Virus record (IMG/VR): IMGVR_UViG_3300043707_000134
Location: 1 to 51,933 of that record
Strand: one strand, 5' to 3'
From: a virus
Lineage: Duplodnaviria > Caudoviricetes
Length of the DNA: 51,933 nucleotides
Numbering within the stretch: the stretch's first letter is position 1; the number at the start of each line of letters is the position of its first letter. Under the pieces are notes generated by a model. The model did no database searches, was not told where the DNA came from, and worked only from the letters and a program-made list of their open reading frames with translations. Position numbers and translations under genes: made by a program. Below, in pieces: positions 26,828-37,198 of the stretch.

Positions 26828-28495
26828 TCAATTCACGATGCCAGGAAAGTCCGGCACGACATCCGTTATTTGGAAATTAACAGGCGTAAAATCGTTGTTG
26901 TTGCCGCTGAAATCTTTCCCAAGAGTTGCGGCTGTCGCGGCCGTCGCATTCTGCCAGTTCAAATAATAACCATTCGGTCCGAAAGTCCCGGTCCACGGTT
27001 TCGGCAAAAGAATGCCAGGTCGAGTTAGGTTGTCGCAAAATTGTAGATAATCGCTAATCGCCTGACCATCGATGAAATATATTTCTGCTAATCGACCAGA
27101 ACAACCATAGCCGATGCTGCCAGGTCCATAAATGTCAGTGGGACAAATTGTTCCGATGACGTGCTCACTTGCACCATTAATCGCGCCTGGCCCGCTAGTT
27201 GGCCCGCGCGCGGTCAAGATTCCATCAGTATAAAGCGACATATTCGCGCCATCAGCAACCAACAACAAATGATGCCATTTAGTATCGACCAACCATGGAA
27301 TGGTGAAATATCCTCTTGCCGGATTCATGTAAGCCATTCCAGCAATCATATACATAGAGTTGGCCCAAGCCAGATTACTACTTGGTCCTTGTGTGTTGCC
27401 TACTCTCGCAAAACCCGTAAAGTCGCCGCCCATGCCAGCATAACCTTGGTTCCACCATGACTCGGCTCCGTATCCCCATCCTCCTGCCGTCGAAGGCCCC
27501 CAGTCGGCCATGGCTTCAATTTGCGGATAACGGAGCCACTGACTCATCGTCCAAACTGAACGATTGGTGTTCATCGCAACCCTGCGAGTCAAATAAGTGT
27601 TGAACCCTTTTGCTCGCTGAAAAGACGGCCCGAGATAACCACCGTAAGTAAATTGCAGCGAGCGACCAACATAAGCCGGTGTCACCACCGCGGGCGCCCA
27701 ATCAAACCGCGATCCGATGATCTGCCATTGCTCCGAATCAAACGCGAGCAACCAAATTTGATTGGTGACGCCATCACCAGCTTGCACCGGCGAACCGTCC
27801 GGCCTTGCCACCGGCTTAGTAGGGAACGAATTCGGGGTAAATACGGTTGGCCCGGTCACGGCGCGATTGAGTTTGATCTCGACCGTGCGGCCCTCGGCGA
27901 TATCGGGCAACGGTGGCGAGTAAGCACCGATCAAACTGTTGCCATCAGTCGGCACCGAGGTGTCGCGTACATACGGAATGTCCACGCGATAGAAAACTTG
28001 CTCGGCTTCGACCGGCTCGGCGACACCCATATTTTGCAGTTGAAACACCGTGCCATCGCACACCAGCGTGGCGATCTGACCTTGCAGAATGTCGCGGTTT
28101 TGTAGGTTCGAGCCGTCCCGGCGCCGGATAAAAACCGGATTGAGACCGTCGCAACTAATTGTTGTTGGTCCGGTGACGGTGTGAGCGACAATCACCCGGA
28201 TGAGCATGCCCGCATCGTAGCTCGTGATCGGCGGCGAGAGTGTCACCTGAATTGAATTAACGCCGCCAGTATCCCGGCAATAGTTGAGCTTGCCATCGCG
28301 CACTCCGCGGGTGAGCTGCTCAAGATCATTGTCCGTCGGCACCTGTTGCGAGTTGCGAATGAGATTGACGATCTCGCGCTGCGGCTGTTCCATCGCGGCG
28401 GCGGGCGGGATCGAGCCTTGGCGGCCGACCGTGCGATCCGAGTTGATGTATGATGCATCGGAATCACTGATGCCATACGGTTGTTGATATTTCAT
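26828..28495 (-). CDS. tail fibre / receptor-binding protein, paralogue 1
   Basis: Follows gp48-like gene; GSIPPAAAMEQPQREIV..DLEQLTRG; LamG-like C-terminus. Confidence 0.85.
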   Translation of the reverse strand: MKYQQPYGISDSDASYINSDRTVGRQGSIPPAAAMEQPQREIVNLIRNSQQVPTDNDLEQLTRGVRDGKLNYCRDTGGVNSIQVTLSPPITSYDAGMLIRVIVAHTVTGPTTISCDGLNPVFIRRRDGSNLQNRDILQGQIATLVCDGTVFQLQNMGVAEPVEAEQVFYRVDIPYVRDTSVPTDGNSLIGAYSPPLPDIAEGRTVEIKLNRAVTGPTVFTPNSFPTKPVARPDGSPVQAGDGVTNQIWLLAFDSEQWQIIGSRFDWAPAVVTPAYVGRSLQFTYGGYLGPSFQRAKGFNTYLTRRVAMNTNRSVWTMSQWLRYPQIEAMADWGPSTAGGWGYGAESWWNQGYAGMGGDFTGFARVGNTQGPSSNLAWANSMYMIAGMAYMNPARGYFTIPWLVDTKWHHLLLVADGANMSLYTDGILTARGPTSGPGAINGASEHVIGTICPTDIYGPGSIGYGCSGRLAEIYFIDGQAISDYLQFCDNLTRPGILLPKPWTGTFGPNGYYLNWQNATAATAATLGKDFSGNNNDFTPVNFQITDVVPDFPGIVN

Positions 28496-29253
28496 GGTGT
28501 TCCCGCCATTGATCCGCCGGTCGCTAGACCTGAATAGTCAAAAATGATCTGTGAGTGCGCAGGTTTCCATCTGTTGAGCAAGCATTCCAAATCCTCGGCG
28601 AAACCGATCGTTAGATGGTGCTGAATGCCTGACTCACCGCCGCCCGCTCGAAACCAAAGTAACGGTGCATTCTTGACTCTGACGGTCCAATAAAACCGCA
28701 TCTCGGGCCGGCCAATCTCCCATCGATAATCTGTGATCTCGGGATACGTGCCGGGGATATCGTTCCAAAGAATCATTCCGCGCGTGTCGCCAACGCTTGA
28801 GACGCCAACCATGAACGGTGCATATTCGGTGATCTCGATTTCGTAGCCGAGCCAATTCGCAACCCATTTGAACCACTCGCGGCTCTGCGCCCCGAGCATC
28901 GTCATCTTGAACACCAGCATTTGTTGGCGTTGTTCGATGGTCTCGGTTCGCTTGAAACATGGATCAGGGAGTCCCCAATTTCTCTCCCAATCCGGTAAGA
29001 GCTCGAGCGTCTTGCGTGGATCGCTCTCCTGGATCAGCAGGTCACCGGCGCGTCGATCAACAAGTCCAAAGATTTGCGCGAGGCCGCGCACGCATCGCAT
29101 TAAAACCGACTCTCGATCGCGCGGCCATGCCGGCCCCCACGGCAGCAAATCGGTTAACGCTTCCGCATAATCATCGCCGCTTCGTCGCACATAACGATCG
29201 CGCCGAGCTTTAAAACTTGTAAGCCGCACCCAATCGGTAGGGATCGTGACCAT
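28492..29253 (-). CDS. baseplate protein, Mu gp48/YmfQ (DUF2313)-like
   Basis: LLPWGPAWPR, ESDPRKTLELLPDWERNWGLPD, LECLLNRWKPAHS. Confidence 0.88.
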   Translation of the reverse strand: MVTIPTDWVRLTSFKARRDRYVRRSGDDYAEALTDLLPWGPAWPRDRESVLMRCVRGLAQIFGLVDRRAGDLLIQESDPRKTLELLPDWERNWGLPDPCFKRTETIEQRQQMLVFKMTMLGAQSREWFKWVANWLGYEIEITEYAPFMVGVSSVGDTRGMILWNDIPGTYPEITDYRWEIGRPEMRFYWTVRVKNAPLLWFRAGGGESGIQHHLTIGFAEDLECLLNRWKPAHSQIIFDYSGLATGGSMAGTP

Positions 29254-30374
29254 CAGACACCCGCGTAAACAATGCTGCCCAAGATTGCCAGGTGACCTGG
29301 CGTCGGCATAGTCTGAGTGACAAAATCCAGCTCGTGATGGTCCTCTCCAATCGCTTCCGAGATCGCCGCTCCGACCCATGACCGATAGATCGGTGACCCT
29401 GGAACCGCGCGCTCGAATAGCATGGCATTCAGCGACTGCTCTATCGCGGCTCGAGTGGATTGTGAGTCGTCGACGAGTTGCCGAATGGTTAGATTGATCG
29501 GAAACGGAATCGGAGCCTGAAGAAAGAAGTCCTTCACGGCCACTGGCCGCTTAGAATCAACATATGACTTAAGTGCATCCACATCCTCTGCAAGCGGAAT
29601 GCCGTGACTATCCTTGCGAAGGTCATCCATCATGAAGCGAACGGTCGCCGTGCCGATTCCCATTTCAAGGGCGTTGCACCAGGCTCTCGTCACGCCTGGC
29701 ATCTCGAGCGCCCATGCCTCGTAGTCATAGGCTGCTCCTCCCTGCGGCGGCTGCTGGATGCGTCGGAGAACTCGAGCCCTGAGCTCATCATCGGTCTCGT
29801 CGTCTGCGCCTCCGGCCATCGTGACGACATGAGCGGAGGCATCGATGTACTGCGGCGGGGTCGTTATGTTCATCTCGGCACCAACTCCTAGATTGCCTAA
29901 CGCGCCCGTGTCGAGCGCAATTACTGGAACGATCGTCTGCCCTGCGCCTACGATCACCTGTGATGTCGTCTCATAAGACAGACCATCTGGAGCCTGCAAT
30001 ACAGAAGCGAGCGGCAAAACGACCCCGATGCGCCCGGTTATCTCTACCGAGCCGCTGGCAAGAGTAGCTCGCTTGCGGCCCACGTCGCCGCTTGCCGTGG
30101 TCAGCCATATCTCTCCATGGCGATCCAGCCACTCCGTCTCGGCTGTATCTGGCATGAGCTGGAGCGCCAACCACTCGATGAACTTCAGCGTAAGGTGTGC
30201 GAGACCCGACTGCGCATCCGACATGACCCGCAACACTGAGTTCCCAACCGTCGCGGTCATATTCAGCGCGCCGAGTATCTGCTGCTTCGGGTTGAGCACC
30301 GTCGCCAAGGCGCCGGCGACGAAGTCTCTCGTCATCATGCGCACGTCGCGTAGTCCTGGCGTAACCCAAGGCAT
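29253..30374 (-). CDS. baseplate J-like wedge protein (Mu gp47)
   Basis: PDTAETEWLDRHG, GGADDETDDELRAR, PPQGGAAYDYEAWALE. Confidence 0.92.
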   Translation of the reverse strand: MPWVTPGLRDVRMMTRDFVAGALATVLNPKQQILGALNMTATVGNSVLRVMSDAQSGLAHLTLKFIEWLALQLMPDTAETEWLDRHGEIWLTTASGDVGRKRATLASGSVEITGRIGVVLPLASVLQAPDGLSYETTSQVIVGAGQTIVPVIALDTGALGNLGVGAEMNITTPPQYIDASAHVVTMAGGADDETDDELRARVLRRIQQPPQGGAAYDYEAWALEMPGVTRAWCNALEMGIGTATVRFMMDDLRKDSHGIPLAEDVDALKSYVDSKRPVAVKDFFLQAPIPFPINLTIRQLVDDSQSTRAAIEQSLNAMLFERAVPGSPIYRSWVGAAISEAIGEDHHELDFVTQTMPTPGHLAILGSIVYAGV

Positions 30375-30868
30375 CAGTTACGAATCCCTGCCCACAGTGC
30401 CTGATACTCGAGCGCTATGGCTGGCTGGGGACCTCTGTAGATCGTGGTACGGACCTCTATGCGCTCGCGCTCGGTTCTCCAGGCGGCTACGGTGACGTGC
30501 TGACAGATGCGCTTGTTGATGAACGGCACCAGCGCCTCTCTCGTATACCACTCAGCCCGCGCTAGCGTAGACCCCTGCTCAGCCTCCTGCGGAGTGATCT
30601 TGGAGCGGGCTAGGAGCCAGAGCCGGCTGCCGATCTTCCAGCCACCCCAGATCAGCTCGGCGTCGAGATCGCCCCACCAGCCTCTACGATCGCTGCTGTC
30701 TATATCTGGCAGAATGTCATCGACGTCAGCCAGGCCGTCAGTCCCAAGCGCGACCTTGGCCATCGTCGCCAGCTCATCGCTCTCATCGAGGCGCCCGATC
30801 GGCGTGAGCAACCAATCAAGCTCAACGGCCCAAGGTGTGTTGATATTGATGATGCGAACGTCGGTCAT
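30374..30868 (-). CDS. baseplate protein, Mu gp46-like
   Basis: DRRGWWGD...IGSRLWLLARSK. Confidence 0.9.
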   Translation of the reverse strand: MTDVRIININTPWAVELDWLLTPIGRLDESDELATMAKVALGTDGLADVDDILPDIDSSDRRGWWGDLDAELIWGGWKIGSRLWLLARSKITPQEAEQGSTLARAEWYTREALVPFINKRICQHVTVAAWRTERERIEVRTTIYRGPQPAIALEYQALWAGIRN

Positions 30869-31813
30869 CTATTTCATCCATGTTATCCAACAAACACCGC
30901 CAGCACCCGGAGTCTGTCCGCCTGATGTATCAAGCACAACCGCCGCGCCACCTTCCGGCAAACCCGGCTTTGCCAATGGACTTTGACCAGCTAACACTTC
31001 TTGCGGCGGACTCAATGGGCCATCTTTGAATGGATGCGGACGCACCAGGCCAGGCGTGTAGGCACGCACACCAGCAACATACGTTCCTATCACTGTCGGT
31101 TCATTGACATCGCCGCCGGTTGGCATTTGCGGCGTACCAAATCCGCCGCCCGCTGGCGCATAGAGATAACTTGACAATGGATAGCCACTCGCATTGAACG
31201 AACTACCAGGAAACACAAAACCTCCCGGCTGATTTCCTGATGCGATTCCCGTGTAGCCTTGGCTGGCATTAGAAATGGTAAGCGTGAAATTCATTCCAGC
31301 TGCTAATCCAACATGAAGTTTTTCCAAATAACTACCAGCAACCCCGGCTCCCGGCTGCGGCAGCGCGCCGATTCCTGGCGACGTTCCACAAGAAACTAAT
31401 CGAAACATTGCTTTCGACCATCCGCCCGGTATCGTCACTGTTGCTGATGCGCGAAATTCTTGTGTCCACTCCAACTGCGTCCATTCTTCGCAAGTCCAAT
31501 TGCTGTGCTCATCAGCAGTGAATATTCCAACATCGCCACTTGTTGTTGTGAGATCGGCGCTGCCGCCCGCTTTCATGTTCATGTGCGGTGGCAGGTGCTT
31601 GATGATCATGCCGCCATCGAAAACGAGGCGCTTTGTCACCAGCATATTCTGATCGCCGGTGCCAAACGATTCGATCGTCACCGCATTGGCACCGGATGGC
31701 ATCTTGACGTTGACGCGATTGGTGTCGCACGTTCCCAAGTTGGTGAGCGTTGCCGCATCGATGTTCTTATCCGGCGCATTGCCCATCGCCGCGATAATGG
31801 TGATGCGGCTCAT
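30869..31813 (-). CDS. Gly-rich hypothetical protein inserted in baseplate module
   Basis: 314 aa, ATGA overlap with gp45-like gene; AT-richer than neighbours. Confidence 0.7.
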   Translation of the reverse strand: MSRITIIAAMGNAPDKNIDAATLTNLGTCDTNRVNVKMPSGANAVTIESFGTGDQNMLVTKRLVFDGGMIIKHLPPHMNMKAGGSADLTTTSGDVGIFTADEHSNWTCEEWTQLEWTQEFRASATVTIPGGWSKAMFRLVSCGTSPGIGALPQPGAGVAGSYLEKLHVGLAAGMNFTLTISNASQGYTGIASGNQPGGFVFPGSSFNASGYPLSSYLYAPAGGGFGTPQMPTGGDVNEPTVIGTYVAGVRAYTPGLVRPHPFKDGPLSPPQEVLAGQSPLAKPGLPEGGAAVVLDTSGGQTPGAGGVCWITWMK

Positions 31814-32784
31814 CCTGGCAGCGCTTTCGTATTCTTGGCATTGCCCGCGATCGTCACCACCTGCTCGGCGCTTCCTGCATCATCCTCCTTTTCCATGCCC
31901 AAGAGATGGACGCCACCACTGTCTGGCTTGATCACAACCTCATAACGCGGGTCACCATCTTTTTCATCTTCAGGCTTCTTGATTGTTGTGGATGCGACCG
32001 GGGTTTCAAGCTTATGACTCACTTCAGCAGTCTCTTTCCATTTCTTGAGTTGCCAAGTAAAGTTCTCACCATTCCAATTCTGTTCTGGTGCGTTGAAAGT
32101 CAATCGCGGTGCGGTCCAAGTGACCCCGGTCGCGTCCATCTCCATCTTGCTAACTGGCTTGCCATCCTTGTCAATGATCTGCTCGATGATCGTTGGCTTG
32201 AACTCGTTCCCATCTTTATCTTTGTCCTTATCACGATGGGTCATCGTGTAGGTTTTCATGTCGAAGTGCATCCACGCCAATACATCATCATTCTTGTCGT
32301 TCGTCATGCTAGACTGGATCACCTTCGTCGGCGCATCCGGCTTACCAGCGTCCTTCCGCATGACTCGAGCGGTCAAAAACTTATCGTGCGGAACTGATAC
32401 GAACACGCCGTCGCGAGTGATCTGAATCTGATGCCCCTGCTCATCGTGGAGCATCAGCTCGCCCTCCTTCTGTCCACAGATTCGATAGCGCCGGTCGTCA
32501 ACTACGAGGACGATCGGGTGGCTCCTATTACCACCCATGAAGGCTATAAACAGCTCCGCGACGTGCCCCTTCTTATTCTCGTCGGGCCACGCCTCCTCGT
32601 TGTGAGGAACGTGAGTCACTCCATACGGCTGAGGACGCTCCGCGTTCTCTATCTCCTCTCCGGCCAACAACTCCATGTTGACCTCTTGCATCAGCGTCTG
32701 ATCGTTAGCCTTCTTCAGCGTCCCTCGCGACGTTCCCACCATGACGCGCATGGCGGCATCTCTAACTGTAGAGCGGAAGGCCAT
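31810..32784 (-). CDS. baseplate spike, Mu gp45-like
   Basis: ERPQPYG, GGNRSHPIVLVVDDRRYR, GELMLHDEQG. Confidence 0.88.
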   Translation of the reverse strand: MAFRSTVRDAAMRVMVGTSRGTLKKANDQTLMQEVNMELLAGEEIENAERPQPYGVTHVPHNEEAWPDENKKGHVAELFIAFMGGNRSHPIVLVVDDRRYRICGQKEGELMLHDEQGHQIQITRDGVFVSVPHDKFLTARVMRKDAGKPDAPTKVIQSSMTNDKNDDVLAWMHFDMKTYTMTHRDKDKDKDGNEFKPTIIEQIIDKDGKPVSKMEMDATGVTWTAPRLTFNAPEQNWNGENFTWQLKKWKETAEVSHKLETPVASTTIKKPEDEKDGDPRYEVVIKPDSGGVHLLGMEKEDDAGSAEQVVTIAGNAKNTKALPG

Positions 32785-33852
32785 CTACGCACCCAGGTCC
32801 ATAGTACTCTCGGTCCAGTTAGACAGGTTCATCGTCGTCTCCGTGCCTCGAGCGTTGTCCTGAGTGAAGCAGACCCTCTTGATGGCGAGCTTCTCGCTGA
32901 GAATGAGACTAGGAGCCTTCACCATCGCCTGATTACCAGCTTCCCAGAGTTTGCCACCATCACCGGCAGTCCACCCCGTCACAGTGATCTCGCAGTCAAT
33001 GCGAAATCGAACGTTGTTCCAGTTCTCATTAGTCGTTCTAGCCTTGATGTCCTGCTCGGTATGCTCGGGCATCATCTGTATGGGTCGATTGCGCTTCGTC
33101 GTACCGTCTGACTCCTGCGCCTCTACCTGAGCGATCGGTCTCCCCCACTCCCCCTGCTTGTTATTGGTGCCACCCTGAGTCTGCCCGAGGTAGAGGACCT
33201 GGCTGTAATTCTGCCAGTCTATGATCCGGCAGGAGGCTCGCTTGATGTTCTTGCCCTCCTCAAGTGTCTCTCCGCCCCCTTCCTTAGGCTTGCCATAAGC
33301 GATGAGATTACCCTGCTCGTCCTCCGCTAGAGTGATCTTACGCATTCGCGCCATGCGCTCGATGGCATTGAATGCCGTCTCTCCTGGCTGAAGCTGATAG
33401 TTCTCGAACTTCTTCTGCATCTCGTCAGACGGGTTGAATATCTTCAACTGTATCCCATAATCCTTCAGCAGCTTCTCGCTGATCTCCTGAAAGGTCATGT
33501 TTTTGTGCTGGCCCTTCTGATCCTTCGAGAAGATCACGGACGAGTCAATGAGGTCCTGAGTCTTTCCTCTGCCAGCTATGAGGACCCCGTGGCGATAGGC
33601 ATCGATCACGGCCTCACGATAATTTACGAAACCGGACAAGAACTTCTCACCAGCGAGCGTGATACTGCACTCCTGTCCAGGCTTGATCCGCATGTTGCTC
33701 ATGACCTTGGGAGCGGGGGAGCCCTCGGTGCAGGAGAACCGGAAGTGCCGGCAGGTGTCTTCCATCGGGGCGTCGTAAGCCTCGATCGAGGTCCAATCCC
33801 TGAACTTCTGACCATCGATCGTGATCTCCGCGCGCCAGTCCTTCTGTGCCAT
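32785..33852 (-). CDS. baseplate hub, Mu gp44-like
   Basis: IAGRGKTQDLIDSS, QPGETAFNAIERMAR, LEEGKNI. Confidence 0.88.
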   Translation of the reverse strand: MAQKDWRAEITIDGQKFRDWTSIEAYDAPMEDTCRHFRFSCTEGSPAPKVMSNMRIKPGQECSITLAGEKFLSGFVNYREAVIDAYRHGVLIAGRGKTQDLIDSSVIFSKDQKGQHKNMTFQEISEKLLKDYGIQLKIFNPSDEMQKKFENYQLQPGETAFNAIERMARMRKITLAEDEQGNLIAYGKPKEGGGETLEEGKNIKRASCRIIDWQNYSQVLYLGQTQGGTNNKQGEWGRPIAQVEAQESDGTTKRNRPIQMMPEHTEQDIKARTTNENWNNVRFRIDCEITVTGWTAGDGGKLWEAGNQAMVKAPSLILSEKLAIKRVCFTQDNARGTETTMNLSNWTESTMDLGA

Positions 33853-33855
33853 GAC

Positions 33856-34530
33856 TCACGCCGACAGCGCTATTATGTCGAGCGGCATGAAGGCCGGATG
33901 CACCACGCGATTCTCTATCCTCAGCTCGTCGCTTCTATCACCAGTGCTGTAGAGTCGATTCGACATCGCGAGAGCTGGCAGTGGAATCGGAAACGTCAAT
34001 CGCAAGATGCGCGGCAGCGGCCTGGCGCGCTCGGTCAAATCGTGTACGACGGCTGCTCGCAGCGCATTGATCGCTTGGTAAGTCATAGCGTCGCCGTTAT
34101 CGGCGACGTCGATCAGCACTGGCTCGAACGCGGCTATTATGCGAGCGAGCGTCGTGCTCGCGTCATGGATACTAATGAAATCAGTAGCAGCGGCGACGCG
34201 TGCCATCTGGATCAACGTAAATCGAACTCCTAATTGCTTGATCGCTATAGCTGGCAATCCCACAGGGTTAAGCGCGGTGATATTCTCACGCACGCGATCC
34301 ATCGGATCAAACGGCGCACCAAGATTTACGGCCTGAGTGTAAAGGTTCAATAACGCGGTCGCGATCTCAGCATTTCGTAGCATAAACTCTGCCCGAGCTA
34401 ATATGTCACCAGCCGCGCGACGAAAGTCTGACCCTGGCCTCCCAACCTGACTACCCGGAGGAGTACCCTGCACCCAGCGAACTATGTTAAGAATGATGGC
34501 GACTGCTTCTTTCGTCTCACCACCTGTCAT
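33856..34530 (-). CDS. Mu gp43-like C-terminal half
   Basis: ALRAAVVHDLTERA...LPALAMSNRLY..RSDELRIENRVVHPAFMP. Confidence 0.8.
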   Translation of the reverse strand: MTGGETKEAVAIILNIVRWVQGTPPGSQVGRPGSDFRRAAGDILARAEFMLRNAEIATALLNLYTQAVNLGAPFDPMDRVRENITALNPVGLPAIAIKQLGVRFTLIQMARVAAATDFISIHDASTTLARIIAAFEPVLIDVADNGDAMTYQAINALRAAVVHDLTERARPLPRILRLTFPIPLPALAMSNRLYSTGDRSDELRIENRVVHPAFMPLDIIALSA

Positions 34531-35048
34531 TGTCGAGTACCCCCTAAGCTGCCTCCAACGACGTTCGCCATCTGACTATTGAAGGAACCAACCGAGGCGC
34601 TCTCGGCACCTCCGGCGGCCGTTCCCACATTGCCTTGCGTGTCAGTACCAGGAACGGCATCGCCGGATTGCCCGGCCTCCACGAACTGCATCTCGAACGT
34701 GCAGTAGCCTCCCCGCTCCCTAGACTCGGTGCAGGTATAGGTGTCGCACATCACCTGCATCTCTCCGAGCAGGGGGTGGATCAATTTCCCTGGACCAGCT
34801 GCCTCGCAAGCGCTGATAAGCGCGTCGCGCGGCCCCAGGTAGTTCGGGCCTATACAGTAGCCGGTAACCTGGTGTCGAACCGCACGGCGACCCATGTCCT
34901 CTGCGAACGGATCGTCGCGCTTCGGGTACTCTGCCAGAGCTACGCGGCGACCAGAGGACTTCCCGCCGACCTCGACATAGAAGTTGGCTCCGCGAAAGGA
35001 GGCTTGCCGCCACCGGCTGCGCCAGGGTTGGTTCGGGAGCTCAGCCAT
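34527..35048 (-). CDS. Mu gp43-like N-terminal (DNA_circ_N) protein
   Basis: WRQASFRGANF, GRRVALAEYPKRD..EDMGR, GPGKLIHPLLG. Confidence 0.88.
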   Translation of the reverse strand: MAELPNQPWRSRWRQASFRGANFYVEVGGKSSGRRVALAEYPKRDDPFAEDMGRRAVRHQVTGYCIGPNYLGPRDALISACEAAGPGKLIHPLLGEMQVMCDTYTCTESRERGGYCTFEMQFVEAGQSGDAVPGTDTQGNVGTAAGGAESASVGSFNSQMANVVGGSLGGTRQ

Positions 35049-37054
35049 CAGGCCCAATCATCTCCCATCGGAGAGTCGGAGGACCAACTCATCTGCTTGC
35101 CGTGCTTGATGTTGTACTGTTTGAACATCCCCGTAGCCTTGCCACCAACCTTAGTCCCCTGCGGAGCGTTCACATCCACCGTGACAGTTGCCTCTCCCGT
35201 CACCTTGGTCTCCTGCGCGAGCGCGGCTCCCATGCGATCGTACTGAAAGCCATCCCAGTTGAATCCCTGCTGCGGAGCCACGACCTGCTCGGAGGTCATA
35301 GGAGCATCCGTCTCGTGCGCAGCCAAGGCGGAGAACTCTGCCCCTCGTTGAGGCTGGACGTCCTGCTGACCATACGTCTTCATTAGGCTGGATAGCTCTG
35401 GGCTCGGCTCCAGCTGCCGCTGCTGCGGTGGCAGCTCTATGGGCTGCTGACCCTCAGGCACCTGGAGGGCGGCAAATGGGGAGGGCTCTCCACCAACCTC
35501 TGCCGCAGCCCAGCCCTCTCCCTTCATGAATGCGGGAGGAGGCTCGGCAGCCGTCTCTGCCTCTGGCTGGACCCCCATGAAGGCTTTCGCCTGCTCAGTT
35601 TGCTCTGGCGTTGCTTGCCTTCCTCCCCTAAACCAACCCGCGACCTTATCAGCGAGTCCCAATGCGGTGCCGCGAATGGTGGCGACTCCGGGCAAGAACC
35701 CCTTGGTTGACTCCTCCGCGATCCGCTCACCGATGCTTTTGCCAGCCTGCGCCGCGGCATCTTCCGATTGCTTGACTCCGTCCACTACAGACGAACCAAC
35801 ATCCCTGCCTGCGTTTGATACTTCCGGCCCCGGCACGTAGCCGAAGAACTCCTTCGCCTTCTCTTGCTCTGGCGTCCCTATGACTCCCTTCGCCTCCAAT
35901 TGCTCTCTCACCTCAGGCGCCACCTCACGAGCAGGAGCGGCGCCCCACTGCTCTAATGCCTGCCTCTTGTACTCTGCCTCAAATACAGCGCCCTTCCTCT
36001 GACCTGCCTCGTACTCTTTCCTCAATTCCTCTCGCTTCTCCTCAGGGGCTCTGGCTATTGTGGCCTCAGCTCTGGCCTTGCTGCCGTACTGCTCATAGAG
36101 GCGCGGGTCTGCTGCCTTCAGCAACTTGTCCTGCCACGTGTCACCTCCCGGCGTCGACTTTCCCGTCAGCCCCTCGAAGAGACTCGCGATTTGCTCAATG
36201 TCTTTTCTGAACCCCTCGGCCCCTCCCATCAGCTCAATCAATCTGCCAAAGAACGGAGCCGCTGCTACGACTGCCGACTGCCAAGCTCCTCTTATCTCTC
36301 CGACGAGCTTCACATACTCCGCGGAGATTCGCTTTTGGTCTTCGCTTAGACCGACGCCCTGCTTCTGCAACTCGTTGCGCTTCTCCATCAAGTCAATGAC
36401 TTCCTGGGCGCCTGCTCCGCCAAAGAAGTCCTTTGCCAGCTTGTTGGCTTCCTGCCACCTGCCCTGATCGGCCAAAACCTTGATGTAGTTGCCGACCCGC
36501 TCCGCGGCCTTCTCCATGCGGGTCTCTCTGTCCCACTCTGGATTGTTCAGGTCATGCCGCAGTCCGGCATACAAATCTTCGATCCCTGCCTGCGCAAAGT
36601 ATCGCCTCGACTCTCCCCAGCCTCTCTGAACCCCAACCATCTTGTCAGCGAACGCCGCCAGCTTCTGCGTCGGCTCTTCGAGGCCAAGTTGATCGGCGGC
36701 CTGCTGAAACTGGTACAGAGTGTTGGCCGACAGACCTATCTCGGATGACGCGTACTTCAAGCTGTTGGCGTTCTTGGCCCACTTGTCGAAGCCCATCGCC
36801 AGGGCTCCAACTGCGGCCGCCGCCCCCATGCTGGCGATCCCGAAGTTGGTGAGCAGCGGAGCGACGCCTGACTTGATCGTGTCACCGGCCTTCTGAGCGA
36901 CCTGTCCCAGCTCTCCGAATTTGTTCGACACATCTTGAACTGGGCCCGTGCGACCTCTGCCTCCGAAGTCGCGCAGCTTGCCCTCTACGTCCTTCAGCGG
37001 GCCGCTGACATTGTCGACTAGAGTCGCTACGAGCTTCAGTTCTTCATCAGCCAT
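35048..37054 (-). CDS. tape measure protein
   Basis: Long Ala/Gly/Glu-rich helical ORF between tail chaperone and gp43; start MADEELKL. Confidence 0.8.
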   Translation of the reverse strand: MADEELKLVATLVDNVSGPLKDVEGKLRDFGGRGRTGPVQDVSNKFGELGQVAQKAGDTIKSGVAPLLTNFGIASMGAAAAVGALAMGFDKWAKNANSLKYASSEIGLSANTLYQFQQAADQLGLEEPTQKLAAFADKMVGVQRGWGESRRYFAQAGIEDLYAGLRHDLNNPEWDRETRMEKAAERVGNYIKVLADQGRWQEANKLAKDFFGGAGAQEVIDLMEKRNELQKQGVGLSEDQKRISAEYVKLVGEIRGAWQSAVVAAAPFFGRLIELMGGAEGFRKDIEQIASLFEGLTGKSTPGGDTWQDKLLKAADPRLYEQYGSKARAEATIARAPEEKREELRKEYEAGQRKGAVFEAEYKRQALEQWGAAPAREVAPEVREQLEAKGVIGTPEQEKAKEFFGYVPGPEVSNAGRDVGSSVVDGVKQSEDAAAQAGKSIGERIAEESTKGFLPGVATIRGTALGLADKVAGWFRGGRQATPEQTEQAKAFMGVQPEAETAAEPPPAFMKGEGWAAAEVGGEPSPFAALQVPEGQQPIELPPQQRQLEPSPELSSLMKTYGQQDVQPQRGAEFSALAAHETDAPMTSEQVVAPQQGFNWDGFQYDRMGAALAQETKVTGEATVTVDVNAPQGTKVGGKATGMFKQYNIKHGKQMSWSSDSPMGDDWA

Positions 37055-37198
37055 TTCGAGCGCGCTCCCGCGCCTCATCCATTTCGTGGATCATGTAGTT
37101 GGTCCACTTGATGTGTCGAAAGACCTCGGCAAGAGGCTTCGACAAAAAGTAGTCAGGAGGAGTGTTGTAGTACTTGGCGAGCCTGTAGCAAGAGAGGA

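Noticed and set aside
25157-28495. Diversity-generating retroelement or invertible fibre switch
   Set aside because: Paralogues differ at all base types, are in the same orientation, and no RT or invertase is in the window
37118-37127. Exact match to spacer GAAAGACCTC (6153-6162)
   Set aside because: The partner spacer does not match adjacent sequence; isolated 10-mer matches are expected by chance with about 124 spacers and 104 kb of both-strand sequence
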